A stretch of DNA of 64,000 nt from assembly GCA_963733675.1 (NCBI GenBank), contig CAVTET010000012.1, positions 224,001 to 288,000 on the forward strand, in the 5' to 3' direction. The notes under the pieces were generated by a model. It worked only from the letters and a program-made list of their open reading frames with translations. It did not search any database and was not told the DNA's origin. Origin of the DNA: an uncultured Methanosarcinaceae archaeon (GTDB taxonomy: Archaea; Halobacteriota; Methanosarcinia; Methanosarcinales; Methanosarcinaceae). Below are positions 12,784 through 26,910 of the stretch, one piece after another. Position 1 is the stretch's first letter. Every line of letters starts with the position of its first letter. Both the position numbers and the translations under genes were made by a program.

Positions 12784-14608
12784 ATGAATATTTCTAATCG
12801 TTTGAGTTCCTATGAACTGGAGATCAGAGTCCAGGAACTGGTAACTGAGCTGGAAAAAATCAATCAGACATTATAATATCAATAATGAGCTGGTTAAACT
12901 TGAGGATAAACTCGAAGCCAAAATAAGGCTCAGAAACAACCGTATTCTTAAGGAAATAAACCGGATCTTCAGCATTGTAGTGCAGGAAAAAACATAAGAA
13001 GATCCGAGGAATGAGTTTTATCTATATCTCTGGAAGTGACCTACAGCCAGCTTGGATTCATCAATTTAGTGAATGATGATGGATTACTACCTGATATTGC
13101 GATCAGCGACATGGTTGGGGTGTTTGATGTGCGGCAAGACTGGGCATCGCCGTTCTCTGGGAGATTTTGTTTTCATAGCTTGTACGGCAGTGTCATTAAC
13201 AGCGAGAAAAGCTTCTTTACTAACTACCCACTGCCACATCCAGATAATATCGATGTGCCACATGATCATCCATCGCTTACTTCATTTCTTGGCGTACCCC
13301 TCGTCTTAGATGGTGGAATAATGGGTATGCTAGGGGTTGCAAACCTTGCGGTGGCTATAGCTGCTAGCAGCAGACGGATCTTGAGGCTATCGCGCCAGCA
13401 ATTGTGCAGGCTCTACAGAGGAAAAGGTCTGAAGAGTATAGTCGTGAAGCTTATGGAGATCTCTAGATGAAATTCAAGGAGTTGCAGGCTCATTCCGAAG
13501 AACTTCATAAAACCAATAAAATGCTGCTGGGAAGTGAAAGGCATTTTCATAAAATGGCTAATGCGATCCCACAATTGGCTTGGATCGCCCATCCATATGG
13601 CTATATCTATTGGTATAATGAACGCAGGTACTCTTAAACGGGCACCACGTCGGTGCAGATGGAAAGCTGGGGCTGGTAGAGTGTTCACGACCAGAAGTAC
13701 TGCCACAAATGCAGGAACAGGGGAATGCTTCGCTTGTTACGGGGCAGATGTTTGATATGGAGTTCACTCTGCGCGGAGCCGATGAAATTTTTCGCCCGTT
13801 ACTCCCGCATGTTTTACTCCTGAAAGACGCTGCAGGGAACATTCTTCAATGGTTTGGAACAAATACCGACATCGTCGAGCGCAAAAAAGCAGAAGAAATG
13901 TTAAAGTTAAAATTAGAAGAACTTAACCAATCAAATGAAGAATTATAACAATTTGATTACGTTTCATCGCACGATTTACAAGAACCCGGGAGAATGATCA
14001 CAAGTTATTTGCAGCTTTTACAAAGGAGATATCAAGGTAATCTCGATGATAAGGCTGATAAATAAAGCCATTCTGCTGATGACGGGGCTTCCCACATGCA
14101 AAATCTGATAAATGATCCTTTAAAATTCTCGCAAATTACTCAAAGTACTAAAGAGCCTGAAACTATGAATTGTGAATTTATTTTGAATCAGGCACTAACC
14201 AATTTAAAATAGATGATAAGAGATTATAAAACTACTTGTATCTCATGATCCTTTACCTGATGTAATGGTAGACTCTACGCAGCTGGTTCAGGCATTTCAG
14301 AATCTTATATTAACGAAATAAAATTTCACAGTGAAGAAGCACCAAAAATTCATATCGCTGCAGAGAAAAAAGCTAGTGAATGGGGATTTTCAATACAGGA
14401 TAATGTAATTAGAATTGATTCGAAATATTCGGAAAGAATCGTTGAAATTTTTAAAAGACAACATAATAGAGAAATATATTCTTGAACATGAATAGAGCTT
14501 GCGAGTTGTGAGACAATTGTAGAAAGATATGGTGGCCGTATATGGGTAGAATCTGAACTAGGAAAAGGTTCAACTTTTTATTTCACTTTACCAATAAACA
14601 CTGCATAA
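12784..14608 (+). pseudogene. GAF/PAS sensor histidine kinase pseudogene
   Basis: GAF (HPSLTSFLGVPL), PAS (LQWFGTNTDI), HisKA (VSSHDLQEP) and HATPase ([21 protein letters not shown]) remnants with many stops and frameshifts. Confidence 0.88.
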
Positions 14609-14768
14609 TTTCAGAAACTAAATTTTAACACATAAAAAAAAGTCAGATTTATATTGAAATTCATCTATTAGAGATATTTCATAAATGAGAACATAATTTT
14701 CTGGCTTGAAGTCGTGAAGTTACCATAGCAATTAAATCAATATGATTCAGGTATAGAATGGTGCAACT

Positions 14769-15875
14769 ATGGATGAAAAGATTAAAATCTTGCTTTTTGA
14801 GGATAATTCTGGCGACGCAAATCTGATCGATGAGATGCTTGAAGAAATCGCCGACTTCCCATATAAACTTATAAACGTTAAAACACTCAAAGAAGGTCTG
14901 AGTCTTCTTAAAGAATGTCCATTTGATGTAATATTGACAGATCTAGGCTTACCAGATAGCAATGGTATCGACACTTTTCTTGATATTCATGCAAGGAATT
15001 CACGAATTCCGATCATAATCTTTACTGCGTCAAATGATGGGAAAATTGGGATGGATGCTGTAAAGAGAGGTGCTCAAGACTATTTAGTCAAAGGGCAAAT
15101 AGATGGTAGATTATTGAAACGTTCTATCCAATATTCTATTGAGCGCAAAAAAAAAGAGGAAGTAATCGCAAATATCGAAATTGCTCGTAAAAAGGAAATT
15201 CATCACAGGATTAAGAATAATTTACAGGTAATATCCTCACTTCTTGACCTTCAGGCTGATAAATTCAAAAACAAAATTGAAGTGACGGGTTTAGAAATCA
15301 TACATGCTTTCAGGGAAAGTCAAGATAGAGTAATATCTATGGCCCTTATCCATGAAGAATTATACAATGGTGGAAATCTCGAAGATCTAAATTTTTCACC
15401 ATACCTTGAGAAGCTAACTCAAAATCTTTTCCAGACTTATAAACTTGTAAATACCACTATAAGCTTAAAGATGGATCTGGAAGATAACCTTTTCTTTGAT
15501 ATGGAAACTGCAATCCCATTAGGAATGATTGTTAATGAACTTATTTCGAACTCCCTTAAGCATGCATTTTTAGGCAGAGATAAAGGAGAAATTCGAATCA
15601 AATTTTGCCGTGAAAAAACAGGGCAATATATAAATAGCAGAGAAAAAAGCAAAAATGAAAATTGTAATAGTATCATTTTTATTCTGACAGTTTCAGATGA
15701 TGGTGTAGGTGTACCTGAAAATATCGAGTTTGAAGATATTGAAAGTCTAGGATTCCAGCTTGTGACTTCCCTTATAGACCAGTTAGATGGAGAACTTGAA
15801 CTTAAAAGGAACAATGGGACTGAATTCACAATGTGGTTCACAGTAGAAGAAAAAAAGCAAAAATCAATTGATTAG
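14769..15875 (+). CDS. Hybrid receiver + HisKA_2/HATPase histidine kinase
   Basis: REC (FEDN, TDLGLPDSNG, GAQDYLVKG); KEIHHRIKNNLQVISSLL; NELISNSLKHAF, DDGVG, SLGFQLV. Confidence 0.92.
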   Translation: MDEKIKILLFEDNSGDANLIDEMLEEIADFPYKLINVKTLKEGLSLLKECPFDVILTDLGLPDSNGIDTFLDIHARNSRIPIIIFTASNDGKIGMDAVKRGAQDYLVKGQIDGRLLKRSIQYSIERKKKEEVIANIEIARKKEIHHRIKNNLQVISSLLDLQADKFKNKIEVTGLEIIHAFRESQDRVISMALIHEELYNGGNLEDLNFSPYLEKLTQNLFQTYKLVNTTISLKMDLEDNLFFDMETAIPLGMIVNELISNSLKHAFLGRDKGEIRIKFCREKTGQYINSREKSKNENCNSIIFILTVSDDGVGVPENIEFEDIESLGFQLVTSLIDQLDGELELKRNNGTEFTMWFTVEEKKQKSID

Positions 15876-16041
15876 GGCTTGTAGCTTTCTTGGATAAATT
15901 CTCCGAATTACAAGATATAAAAATCCTATGGCTCTGTCACAATTCTTGAGATTTAGATCGTTATGTACTTAATACTGCTGTTTTTTAGTTCAACTACGTA
16001 AAACCTACTTTTTTAATCATGGATGTTGTCGTCATGAAATT

Positions 16042-16710
16042 TCAGCAAATTTTTAGCATCGTATTTCCACCTTTCTGGAACTCTTATGCTACCTTTACTT
16101 CCGTCACATCTCGCGTTCTCGTCCCTAAAAAATCGATCACTGAATCAACGTACGGCGATCGTCTAACATTTACATCCATGAGTTGAAATATCCTGACATT
16201 ATTTGAAACCCTGTAAAACTCTTCTAGCAATCTCAGAAGAAACTACATTGACAAGTTATCCGTATAGAGAAAAAGCAAATGATAGCACAGTGCTAAATCA
16301 AACTCTTTGTCACCAAAAGGCATCCATGGTAGCTCGCCTGTCCCATATCTCCTCTGAATTATGCCTTTTGGGAAATCTTCAGAAATTTCGCCATAGCAGA
16401 CATCCTGATCCTTTCAAGCTCCTCAACTGAGATAATTTCTTTACAACTAATTATCAAAATTTTTCCGTATCTGGTTAGTTACTTCATAATATGCTTCACT
16501 AATCATCTATCTGATCTGGTCAGCGTTGAAATAGTAAACCGGATCTACAGATGTAATATTTCCACATCGCTCTGTAAGCTCTGCATTGAAGCTTGCTGAT
16601 CCATCTCCACATCCATTTATCTTTGCTCAAAATCTGCAGGGTTTAGACTGAACATCCTAACATACTCATCGAAAGACCTGCCCCAGGGCTCTATATCACA
16701 GTACCCACTT
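16042..16710 (-). pseudogene. Class I SAM-dependent methyltransferase pseudogene (not in ORF track)
   Basis: Minus-strand reading PWGRSFDEYVRMFSL...GCGDGSASFNAEL...SVDPVY...LPFGDKEFDLALCYHLLFLY...EFQKGGNTMLKI, interrupted. Confidence 0.75.
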
Positions 16711-17471
16711 GTAATATTGTACACTATAATGCATATAATTGCACAATACATATATAGAATATTCTTATTTTGGTTCTGCGTACTAGCATTTTGACTTCTG
16801 AGCGTACCGTGAATTTAGTAAAGTTATATATTTTTGTTGAACTTAGGTAAAAATATCCCCTTATTTGAGCTAAAACTGAGAAAATGAGTCGATTTATCTA
16901 ACAAAAAATTCACATGATCGTCTTCTATTATTTATTGATATTTTCAATATTGAATTTCCAGTATAAAAAATACTTGCCTTTTCATTCATTAAAATATATT
17001 CTGTTTTCATTTGACCAAATAATACACAAATAAAAGGCATCATTTTTACTGAAAGGGCAAAGTTAGGCTCTAAGGTGAAAAATTAGCCAACGTACTAAAG
17101 TAGCTGATCAAATATAATAAAGGATTCCCCCACCTTGTGAAAACGTAGAGTGAGTTTTCATGATTATGATTTGAATAGCTCATTGACCCACCAAAAATTT
17201 AATTTCAAAACAATAAATTGTTCCAAAGAACTCAAACAACGGTTGATAGAATAACTAATCACCCATGAGATTTAAAAAAATTAACTTTAAGAGTTCCTTT
17301 TCAACAACTTTGTATACTATCAAAAAAACGATATCTGAAATACTTAATTGTATACAGTTGAATTGTCAGTATTGAACCCGACTCAAAGGGTAGACAATTA
17401 ACAATTAAACAGATATTAAAATTATGAGTAGAAACCAAATTAATCTGATTTCAGTTTCATGTTATTCGATT

Positions 17472-18881
17472 TCACTTCCCTTTAAGATATTCACCAATCG
17501 CCTTTGCAGCTTTTTTACCTGCACCCATTGCACTGATCACGGTTGCTGCACCTGTGACCACATCTCCCCCTGCAAAGACTCCACATTTAGAGGTTGCTCC
17601 GGTTTCCTCATCTACAACCACAGTACCCTTTTGGTTTTGCTCAAGACCTTCTGAGCCTTTAAAGATAATGGGGTTAGGAGACGTGCCTATGGCAATGACT
17701 ACAACGTCTGCAGGGATTTTGAATTCCGAGCCTTCCACAGGTACAGAGCTTCTTCTGCCTGATTTATCAGGTTCACTAAGTTCCATTTTGATACATTCGA
17801 CTGCCTTGACATTGAACTTCTCATCGCCTAGGATGCGGACAGGGTTTGTAAGAATCCTGAAAATAATGCCTTCTTCTTTAGCGTGCTCGATTTCTTCCCT
17901 GCGCGCCGGCATCTCTTCTTCTCCGCGGCGATAGACTATGCTTACCTCTTCTGCACCCAGTCGGAGAGCAGAGCGAGCTGCATCCATTGCTACATTCCCA
18001 CCTCCAACTACTACCACATGTTTTCCGCATCTTACCATTGTATCATATTCAGGATCATAGGCTTTCATGAGGTTTACACGGGTCAGAAATTCATTTGCGG
18101 AATATATTCCACTAAAGTTTTCGCCCGGAATCCCCATAAAGTTAGGTAGACCTGCTCCAGTGCCCAAGAAAACAGCATCAAATTTATCACAGAGTTCATC
18201 TAGGGTCTTGATCCGGCCTATTATATAGTTTGGCTTGAATTCAACCCCAAGCTGCTTTATATATTCGATTTCTTGCTGCACTATTTTTTTTGGCAGCCTG
18301 AACTCCGGTATGCCGTAACTCAGGACTCCCCCAGCTTTATGAAGGGACTCAAAAATTGTAACCCTGTACCCCATTTTTGCAAGATCTGCTGCTGTAGTAA
18401 GGCCTGCAGGCCCTGATCCGACAATAGCTACTCTTTTTTCGGTGGATTTCGTGGCCTCAGGAACCTTCCAGTCGTTTTTGTTTTCAAAGTCGGCGCAGAA
18501 ACGTTCGAGCCTTCCGATTGCCACAGGCTGTCCTTTATTTCCAAGCACGCATAATGCTTCGCACTGGGTTTCCTGGGGGCAGACACGCCCGCAGATCGCA
18601 GGAAGGGCGTTGTTGTCTTTAATTTTTCCAATTGCCCCTTCAAAATCTTCCTTGCAGATCAGTTTGATAAATCCAGGGATATCCACATTTACAGGGCACC
18701 CTTCGACACACTTAGGCTCTTTGCAGGCGATGCATCTGGAAGCTTCGGCAAGGGCATCTTCTTTTGTGTATCCGAGAGTTACTTCATTGAAGTTCTTTCT
18801 GCGCTTTTTGGCAGGCTGTTCGGGCATAGGAGTTCTTCCTTTTTTTGCATTTCCTGTTTTTTCTTCGTTTCTTTCTTGCAT
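17472..18881 (-). CDS. nfnB: NfnB/SudA/GltD-like NADPH-dependent flavoprotein (electron-bifurcating transhydrogenase large subunit)
   Basis: EASRCIAC..C..GCP, CGRVCPQE..CE, GSGPAG, GGGNVAMDAAR, FAGGD; start at 18881 follows an AGGAG RBS. Confidence 0.88.
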   Translation of the reverse strand: MQERNEEKTGNAKKGRTPMPEQPAKKRRKNFNEVTLGYTKEDALAEASRCIACKEPKCVEGCPVNVDIPGFIKLICKEDFEGAIGKIKDNNALPAICGRVCPQETQCEALCVLGNKGQPVAIGRLERFCADFENKNDWKVPEATKSTEKRVAIVGSGPAGLTTAADLAKMGYRVTIFESLHKAGGVLSYGIPEFRLPKKIVQQEIEYIKQLGVEFKPNYIIGRIKTLDELCDKFDAVFLGTGAGLPNFMGIPGENFSGIYSANEFLTRVNLMKAYDPEYDTMVRCGKHVVVVGGGNVAMDAARSALRLGAEEVSIVYRRGEEEMPARREEIEHAKEEGIIFRILTNPVRILGDEKFNVKAVECIKMELSEPDKSGRRSSVPVEGSEFKIPADVVVIAIGTSPNPIIFKGSEGLEQNQKGTVVVDEETGATSKCGVFAGGDVVTGAATVISAMGAGKKAAKAIGEYLKGK

Positions 18882-18897
18882 TTTTAATCTCCTTCTT

Positions 18898-19743
18898 TTA
18901 GTGCAATCCACACCTACATTCCTCTTCATACTTTTCTGCAGCTTTTTTTTCTTCACTGCGATACGTTGCAAGCCTGTTGATGAGCTCTACAAAGTCAACC
19001 TTCCGAGCGTTGAATTCAGGTCCGTCAACACAAGTAAATTTCGTTTTTCCGTCGATTGTAACCCTACAGCCTCCGCACATTCCTGTTCCGTCCACCATAA
19101 TGGAGTTAAGGCTAACCAGGATTTCAACGTCGTATGGAGAAGCTACATCAGCTCCTACTTTCATCATGATTGGGGGCCCGATGATTACAACCCTTGCAAC
19201 CTTTTCGCCACTGTCAAGGATCTTTTTCATAATGTCGGTTACAAATCCGTGGTGTCCTTTTGATCCATCATCAGTTGCAATAAATAGTTCGGAACTTACT
19301 TTTCTCATTTGATCTTCAAGGATGAGAAGATCCTTATTTCGAGCTCCTATAATTGAAATTACTCGGTTGCCTGCCCTTCTATAAGCTTTTGCCAAGGGAT
19401 AAATGGGAGCAACACCCACTCCTCCCCCTACAAGAATAACATTACCGAGATTCCTTATATCAGCAGGAGTTCCGAGGGGTCCAACAAAATCTTCAAGTGA
19501 CTCACCTGCTGAAAACTTAGCAAGCTGCTTTGTTGTCTTGCCCATTTCCTGGAAAATTACGGATACTGTTCCTTTTTCATTCTCAACATCGAAAATAGTG
19601 AGGGGAATCCTTTCCCCAAATTCATTAAGTCGGAGAATTATAAATTGTCCGGCTTTTGCAGCCTTTGCCACGTCAGGTGCATCTATAACCATTCTGTGTA
19701 TCGACGGGGCTATTTCTTCCTTTTCTAGTATTTTATATGCCAT
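18898..19743 (-). CDS. nfnA: NfnA/SudB (FNR/PyrK-like FAD, 2Fe-2S subunit)
   Basis: GQFIILR...GERIPLTI, GPLG, GGGVGVAP, MVDGTGMCGGCRV...CVDGPEF; adjacent to nfnB. Confidence 0.88.
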   Translation of the reverse strand: MAYKILEKEEIAPSIHRMVIDAPDVAKAAKAGQFIILRLNEFGERIPLTIFDVENEKGTVSVIFQEMGKTTKQLAKFSAGESLEDFVGPLGTPADIRNLGNVILVGGGVGVAPIYPLAKAYRRAGNRVISIIGARNKDLLILEDQMRKVSSELFIATDDGSKGHHGFVTDIMKKILDSGEKVARVVIIGPPIMMKVGADVASPYDVEILVSLNSIMVDGTGMCGGCRVTIDGKTKFTCVDGPEFNARKVDFVELINRLATYRSEEKKAAEKYEEECRCGLH

Positions 19744-21662
19744 GATATCACATTTTCCAGAATATATATATATTTTTGAATAAATTAATGGTGAACTTAA
19801 TTTTGGCAGAGCCTCTATAGGGTTTATTCCTTCCGCACTCTCTTCCTGGACGTGCTCCTTATATCGGTTATTGGATATATATTCTTCCAAATAATTTTAA
19901 TTATTTAGTATATTTTGTACTGTCAAACTAAGCTTACTATTGCCAAACGAGGATCTAAGGGTTTAGATGAAAAAAATTTCAGGTTTGATATGTTTGTATT
20001 TTTCATTAAGGAAGGCTGCAAAAGTTATGGGATTAGTGCAATAGAGGAGTTTCTGAGGTAATAGCAGAGAAGAGATTTCATAGAATTACTGAGGTTGTTA
20101 AAACTATAGCTGAAAAATATTATGAAGGTATACTTATGTACTCGCTTTGTGAAAGTTTTCTTTTTTGCAATGATCCTCTATGAGATCTAAATAATGCAAG
20201 CTATTTTAATATTTAGCATATACAGACAAAGGAATCGATGGAAATTAGATAGTTCTGTTAGGCCTATAAAAATATTCTTAATAGTCCTAAGCAAATATTA
20301 TTTCTTAAAGTTGTTTGGATCCTTTTTGATCTTAGTTAGTATCGATGGTGAGAGATGATCCAATAGATTGGACAGTGAAAGGAATTGTATCTAAAAGAAT
20401 TAAATAAATCCAATTTATAGGTTAAATAATTTTTTAATTTTCATTTATTGTTATCCTTCACGAGATTGGATTTTCACTTAAGAATATGTAAGCTATTACG
20501 ATCTCTTATATTCGAGTCTAAAAATTATGTGTCATGGGCACATAACTTCTGCCGAAAAAGTCAACCTGAAGATTTGAGCATAAGAAATGAAACTATTTAA
20601 ATGCTGTATTGTTTATTGTGTGCATTTGTTCACAGTACTTCTGAAAATCCAATATTTATCTTCACAACATTAATTTATATAATAATAAGTAACATAAACT
20701 TATTCAGCATCTGAGATTATGTCTTTTGTTTCCCCCATTTAATACTACATACCCCAATCTCAAAAAAATGCCGTTTACTTTTGAACATCTTCTCAAATTT
20801 GAAACTTCAGCTGGACACAAATCATTTTTAACAAATCATATGGCTTGAAATCTCTCTACCCTTTTTTGTTGAGAAACCATTAAGTAGATAATGACGGTTT
20901 CCGTTGATTTGTAGGCTATAGTGAGTCATTTGATGATTTTTCACCAATTATAACCTTTTTGTGCTAATTTATCGATTTAATTCGGTATTATATGGCATTT
21001 TTACTGATTAAAGCGAATTAATTTTGGGATTTATTTGTTAATTTATAACTACCATGAATACTTAAATCGTTTACCGCTTTTGTTTATTATTACTTGAAAA
21101 ATAAATAATATTTATTCAGTAGAATAATAAACAAATATTTATTCTGTGACTTTGCAAGACAGCAAGTAGAATATACCTATTCAATATCTCTCTGATTTAT
21201 GAATTTCTGTTTGATCGTATGTAACTAATTACAGTCCGTTTACGGTTTCTGGTAACAGAACCATAGGATTAATTTCACTTTTATCCCCATGTGAGGAATA
21301 TATCTCTAGCTATTTTCTCAGGCACGTGAATTCAGATGTTGGTATCCAACTCTTGTGGATATAACCAACTTATAGGCTACTGGTAGGCACAAGATAAGGT
21401 TCTATTCGATGGCAATGGAAAAATATCAGCCACCATAACATCAATCATAGAGTCGTGGAAGTGGTTTACGTGGGCTATGCGGGCTCAGGAGCTTTGGACC
21501 GTATATTTGGAAAATGATTTAGCAACAGTAACATATGTTTTAATAAAAACTATGTTTTATCTGCACAATTAGTTAAAAATATCCAAATATGTTGGCTGAA
21601 GACTGTAGCTTTAATTCCCATAGAATTTTCTTTAAATCGGCTACTGACACAAGAATTCTTTC

Positions 21663-22226
21663 CTAAGTAAGCGTCAAAATTTCCAGAATTGGCCAATAGT
21701 CGTTATCCGATTCATTTGCGATTCTTTCAAGGTCATATATTTCACCTAATCTAAGATCTGTTGCCGAATTTTCTGATTTATCAACAGCTCCTAATTTGTC
21801 AACAGCCATCCTAAAAAGTTTTAAGTGTTTGGGATATATTCTCCTACCAAAACATATGCCTAAAACCCACTTGAAATAAGCATAATTAAAAATAAATATT
21901 GGTATAAGAACACCATAATGTGTTTGAGTCGGCTCCGATACATAAGAGAACATAACTGAGAAAATTCCGAACAATACAACTATTACTGGAACTACCAATA
22001 ATGCTATGGCATATAATATATCTGTTATTAGACCACAATAAAGGAGATATTTCAAACTTATCTTAAGCCCAGTATTTATTAAATTTTTAAATGCAAAAAC
22101 ATAGACTGATAAAAATAAAATAGTTGCCATACCAAGAAGCACATCGTGTATGGAAAACCGATCCGATAAATAGTTAAACCCAAATTCATTTAGACTATCT
22201 TTGTGTGAAGATAATGTTAGCAGCAA
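21663..22226 (-). CDS. Hypothetical multi-pass membrane protein, probably 5'-truncated
   Basis: 187-aa ORF with 3-4 hydrophobic stretches; start abuts an IS200 remnant. Confidence 0.5.
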   Translation of the reverse strand: MLLTLSSHKDSLNEFGFNYLSDRFSIHDVLLGMATILFLSVYVFAFKNLINTGLKISLKYLLYCGLITDILYAIALLVVPVIVVLFGIFSVMFSYVSEPTQTHYGVLIPIFIFNYAYFKWVLGICFGRRIYPKHLKLFRMAVDKLGAVDKSENSATDLRLGEIYDLERIANESDNDYWPILEILTLT

Positions 22227-22273
22227 AGCTCAGGCACTAAATGTGCAAAAAACTTTGAGATGAAGATTGGAAT

Positions 22274-22406
22274 CAATCTTTATTGATGCTCATCATGTAC
22301 ATCTTTTCGTTTGTTCTGACCAAAATATTTTCCGTCAAGAGTGCTGCAGATTGTTAAAAGTGTCATAGCAAGGAAAATCTTTAAAGAATACTATGAGATT
22401 AAAAAA
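22274..22406 (+). mobile_element. IS200 tnpA internal fragment
   Basis: HHVHLFV (HUH motif)...SRVLQIVKSVIARKIFKEY; near-identical inverted copy at 24872..25004. Confidence 0.8.
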
Positions 22407-22738
22407 ACATAAAATAATGAAAAAGTTATGTCTTCATGATGAGTTTTTCGCCTTTTCATTTTTTTATGGATTTTTAGTTAATGCAGTCAATTGTCAGTGG
22501 AATTAATGTTAAATTTTGGTATTTCAAAAAAATGTTAAAAGGCCTCAATATATTAAGGTAGTAAAATAATTAATTTGCTTCACTCCATTTTATTAAGTCT
22601 TTTTCAATATATAGTTACCTATGAAATTTATTACTGTTGAGCTAGCAGTATATTTTCTAGCTTTAGCGGAGATACAATTCACAATGACTGCATTTTTAGC
22701 TGATACCATCACTAAAGTCTCATATCAAGAATGCTGTT

Positions 22739-23662
22739 TTAAGCTTGTACACTTCCAGTAACGTACATATAGATACTACCAGACTCTGACCACACTACTA
22801 CATTGTCTGAAACAACAGGTGTTTGTGCAGTGTTACCAGATGACAATTGTTTGCTCTTTCCAGTAGCTATGTTGTAGATATATACATCACCTAATTCCAT
22901 ATTACCCAGGTCATTATGCTTTAAATACACAATGTTGTTGCCACCTATGCTAGTTGCACCACCAGTATCATACCCTGTCAAATCATCACCAGTTGTGACT
23001 TCGATCTGTTCTTTCGTAGCAATATCATACATGCGGACATTGCCTAGCCTGGTGTAGAGATCAGACCATATGACATTATTGCCAGAAATATGTGAAGCTA
23101 CGTTGTCACCATATTGGCTAACATCTATTGCTTTTTTAGTGATAATATCATATACATAAATCTGCGGTTTATCTCCAGCAGAGTCAGAATCATACGATAC
23201 CATATTGCCATAAATATCAGGATTGGTTCCAGCTGCTATTTTAGTTTGTGTGCGTGTGGATATATCACGTATGTAGACATTCGAATTTGCACTCCACACG
23301 ATTTTGTTGCCGTAAATAGCAGGAATACTTCTAGAGTCTACATCTTTTGTAATGTAAGATCTAGCCTTAGTCTTGAGATCATATACAGTAAGCTTCGACG
23401 TTACAGTACTTTCATCATGCCACACTAATTTGTTTCCAGAGATAGCTGGATGAGAAGCTGCAAAAGAGCTAATTGTAGTTCCTTTTTTAGTTGACAGATC
23501 ATAAACGTGGATAACGCCACAATTTGTCCACACTACTTTATTTGCATCGACAACAGGGTCAGATCCACTACCAATTTTTGTATATCGCACGGCTGAACTC
23601 ACCGTCGATGCCAAAATCAGAAATATAAGAACTGAACATACTGGAAGCAATCTACTTTTCAT
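22739..23662 (-). CDS. Secreted beta-propeller (TolB-like, methanogen-type repeat) cell-surface protein
   Basis: Signal peptide MKSRLLPVCSVLIFLILASTVSSA; repeats PAISGNKLVW, PAIYGNKIVW, IYVYD. Confidence 0.88.
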   Translation of the reverse strand: MKSRLLPVCSVLIFLILASTVSSAVRYTKIGSGSDPVVDANKVVWTNCGVIHVYDLSTKKGTTISSFAASHPAISGNKLVWHDESTVTSKLTVYDLKTKARSYITKDVDSRSIPAIYGNKIVWSANSNVYIRDISTRTQTKIAAGTNPDIYGNMVSYDSDSAGDKPQIYVYDIITKKAIDVSQYGDNVASHISGNNVIWSDLYTRLGNVRMYDIATKEQIEVTTGDDLTGYDTGGATSIGGNNIVYLKHNDLGNMELGDVYIYNIATGKSKQLSSGNTAQTPVVSDNVVVWSESGSIYMYVTGSVQA

Positions 23663-24653
23663 TTTATACCCCACGAAATACAATTTGTAAAACCAAAATG
23701 TTTTTTGACCTATATATAGGAGATTTCGATAAACTTCTGATTTTCACGAATTATTCAGATAGAAATTATAATCGAATGACTAAATTCAGGGTTTATAAAA
23801 TTTCTCTATAATAATATAAATTTCAGATTAATTTTAATTTACTGGAGATAATTCAGTCAAGTTTTTTATTTTTTTTGCTTGTTACCATTTTAATATAAGT
23901 ATTGCCCAATATATAATTAGATAAGTAACTTTTCTTCTAATTTTAGATACTTATCAATACAGATTCCGAAAACATAAAATGTTACATCAATTTACCAAAC
24001 TTTATTTGTTTTTTAAGAATTAAAATTTAGTCCTTTGTTTCTTGTGCCTTTGTTTGCCTTTGCTTCCTTTTTTCAGGCTTTACTATAGGATTTATTTGAA
24101 ATATATATTTGATAAAACTCGCTTCCATTCTCTGTAACTATAGTCAATTATTTTTGACTCTGAAGCATAGATGTACGTATATTAAAACCTGGATAGATCT
24201 TATGGTTTCACTTTATTCCCCATCAAGTCTTGGCTAGTGTTATAACAAATTAATTAGGAGTTGTCTCAATAAACTCAAACTCCTCCCAAATCCGACATTT
24301 CGAGACATAAATAATTGTAGAATTTACTTGCCTATCTCCCAACATTATTAATTGAAAGTGATATTGATACTTAATCTACTTTCATATTGCAAAAATGTAT
24401 GGCATTCGTGTATGTATTTGTGGAAGTGAGATGGCGAAGTTTTATTCTTGTGAAATTTTGATGGAAAATTGGAAGAAAATAGGATTAAACTATTAAGAGC
24501 TAAGTAAGCCATAACAACTTTATTCATAGATAGGTTTATGTACTGTGAGATCTTCTATATATTGTCAGACTTAGTTGTCTGAAGCCTTTATCCTCTGAAA
24601 TAAGTCCTCCATGACCATTGAAAGTCCAATTACTGGACACAAATCTAAATTTC

Positions 24654-25004
24654 GGTGGCGCACCCCCTTTGCTTGCAGCGGATTATGGTCGCGCCATCGC
24701 TTTGCCTATAAATAATTATTCAAAATCAAATACTTTCAATTTGCTTATATGCTTCTTTCTCTGTATGATTTCCCTGATTTTCAACATGTTTCTAAGTGCA
24801 TAGAAAGTTGTCCCATCACCCACAATTCCAATGTAACCTCCCTCACTCAATAGTTCATCAACTCATGATTATTTTTTAATCTCATAGTATTCTTTAAAGA
24901 TTTTCCTTGCTATGACACTTTTAATAATCTGCAGCACTCTTGACGGAAAATATTTTGGTCAGAACAAACGAAAAGATGTACATGATGAGCATCAATAAAG
25001 ATTG
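24654..25004 (-). mobile_element. IS200 tnpA 3' remnant with degenerate terminal hairpin
   Basis: HVHLFV...GGYIGIVGDGTT...; hairpin-like end ~24654-24700 similar to that at 12717-12750. Confidence 0.8.
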
Positions 25005-25562
25005 CATCAAACCCAAGAACAGTACCCTTTACAAGTTTCAAAGCCTATATCGTTCGAATAGCTGATGCTTCCAATGTCTAAAAAATATAAGATGTTTCTA
25101 CAAAATATACTAAAATTCACAAAAAGTGACGACAAGAAACTAACATTTCCTGTTCTATAGGTGGTAACAATGTCATAGAATTTGAGTAGAGCTCGAAGCC
25201 AAAATAGCTGACTGTGAGGCAATTTAAGCCATTTTCTTGAGTAGGTGATTCCGCACAAATTGGTTAATTAAAAAACTACTGTACAGACTGAGATTAAGTC
25301 ATTTATTGACTAATCAGCAAAGGCGCAAATCTATTATAATTTATGATATTAGAACCACATAATATTAATACCAATTAGTCTAAGCTAGTACTATAGATCC
25401 AAGAAGTATATACTAAATTAGATTTAATTATAATTTTATACTTTTATCGTACCTCCAAGTAGAGATTCAATCGGAATGTAGGCATTTCCCCGCAGCTTAC
25501 ATGATCAACTTTTTAACATCTTAGTTCAGCTGGATTACCTAAAATAATAGAAAAGAAGAAAG

Positions 25563-25586
25563 TAGAGGTAAATCAGTATCCTCTAC
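25563..25586 (-). terminator. Short hairpin immediately downstream of serS
   Basis: GTAGAGG...CCTCTAC stem followed by a U-rich tract on the minus strand. Confidence 0.35.
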
Positions 25587-25590
25587 AGTT

Positions 25591-26910
<1,320 letters not shown>

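Noticed and set aside
18442-19263. 273-aa plus-strand ORF and other antisense ORFs over gatD, argH, serS, ilvD and DUF1269
   Set aside because: Shadow ORFs opposite well-supported genes, with no recognisable motifs.
21240-21530. Less AT-rich patch that may be a gene remnant
   Set aside because: No frame yields a recognisable protein family.
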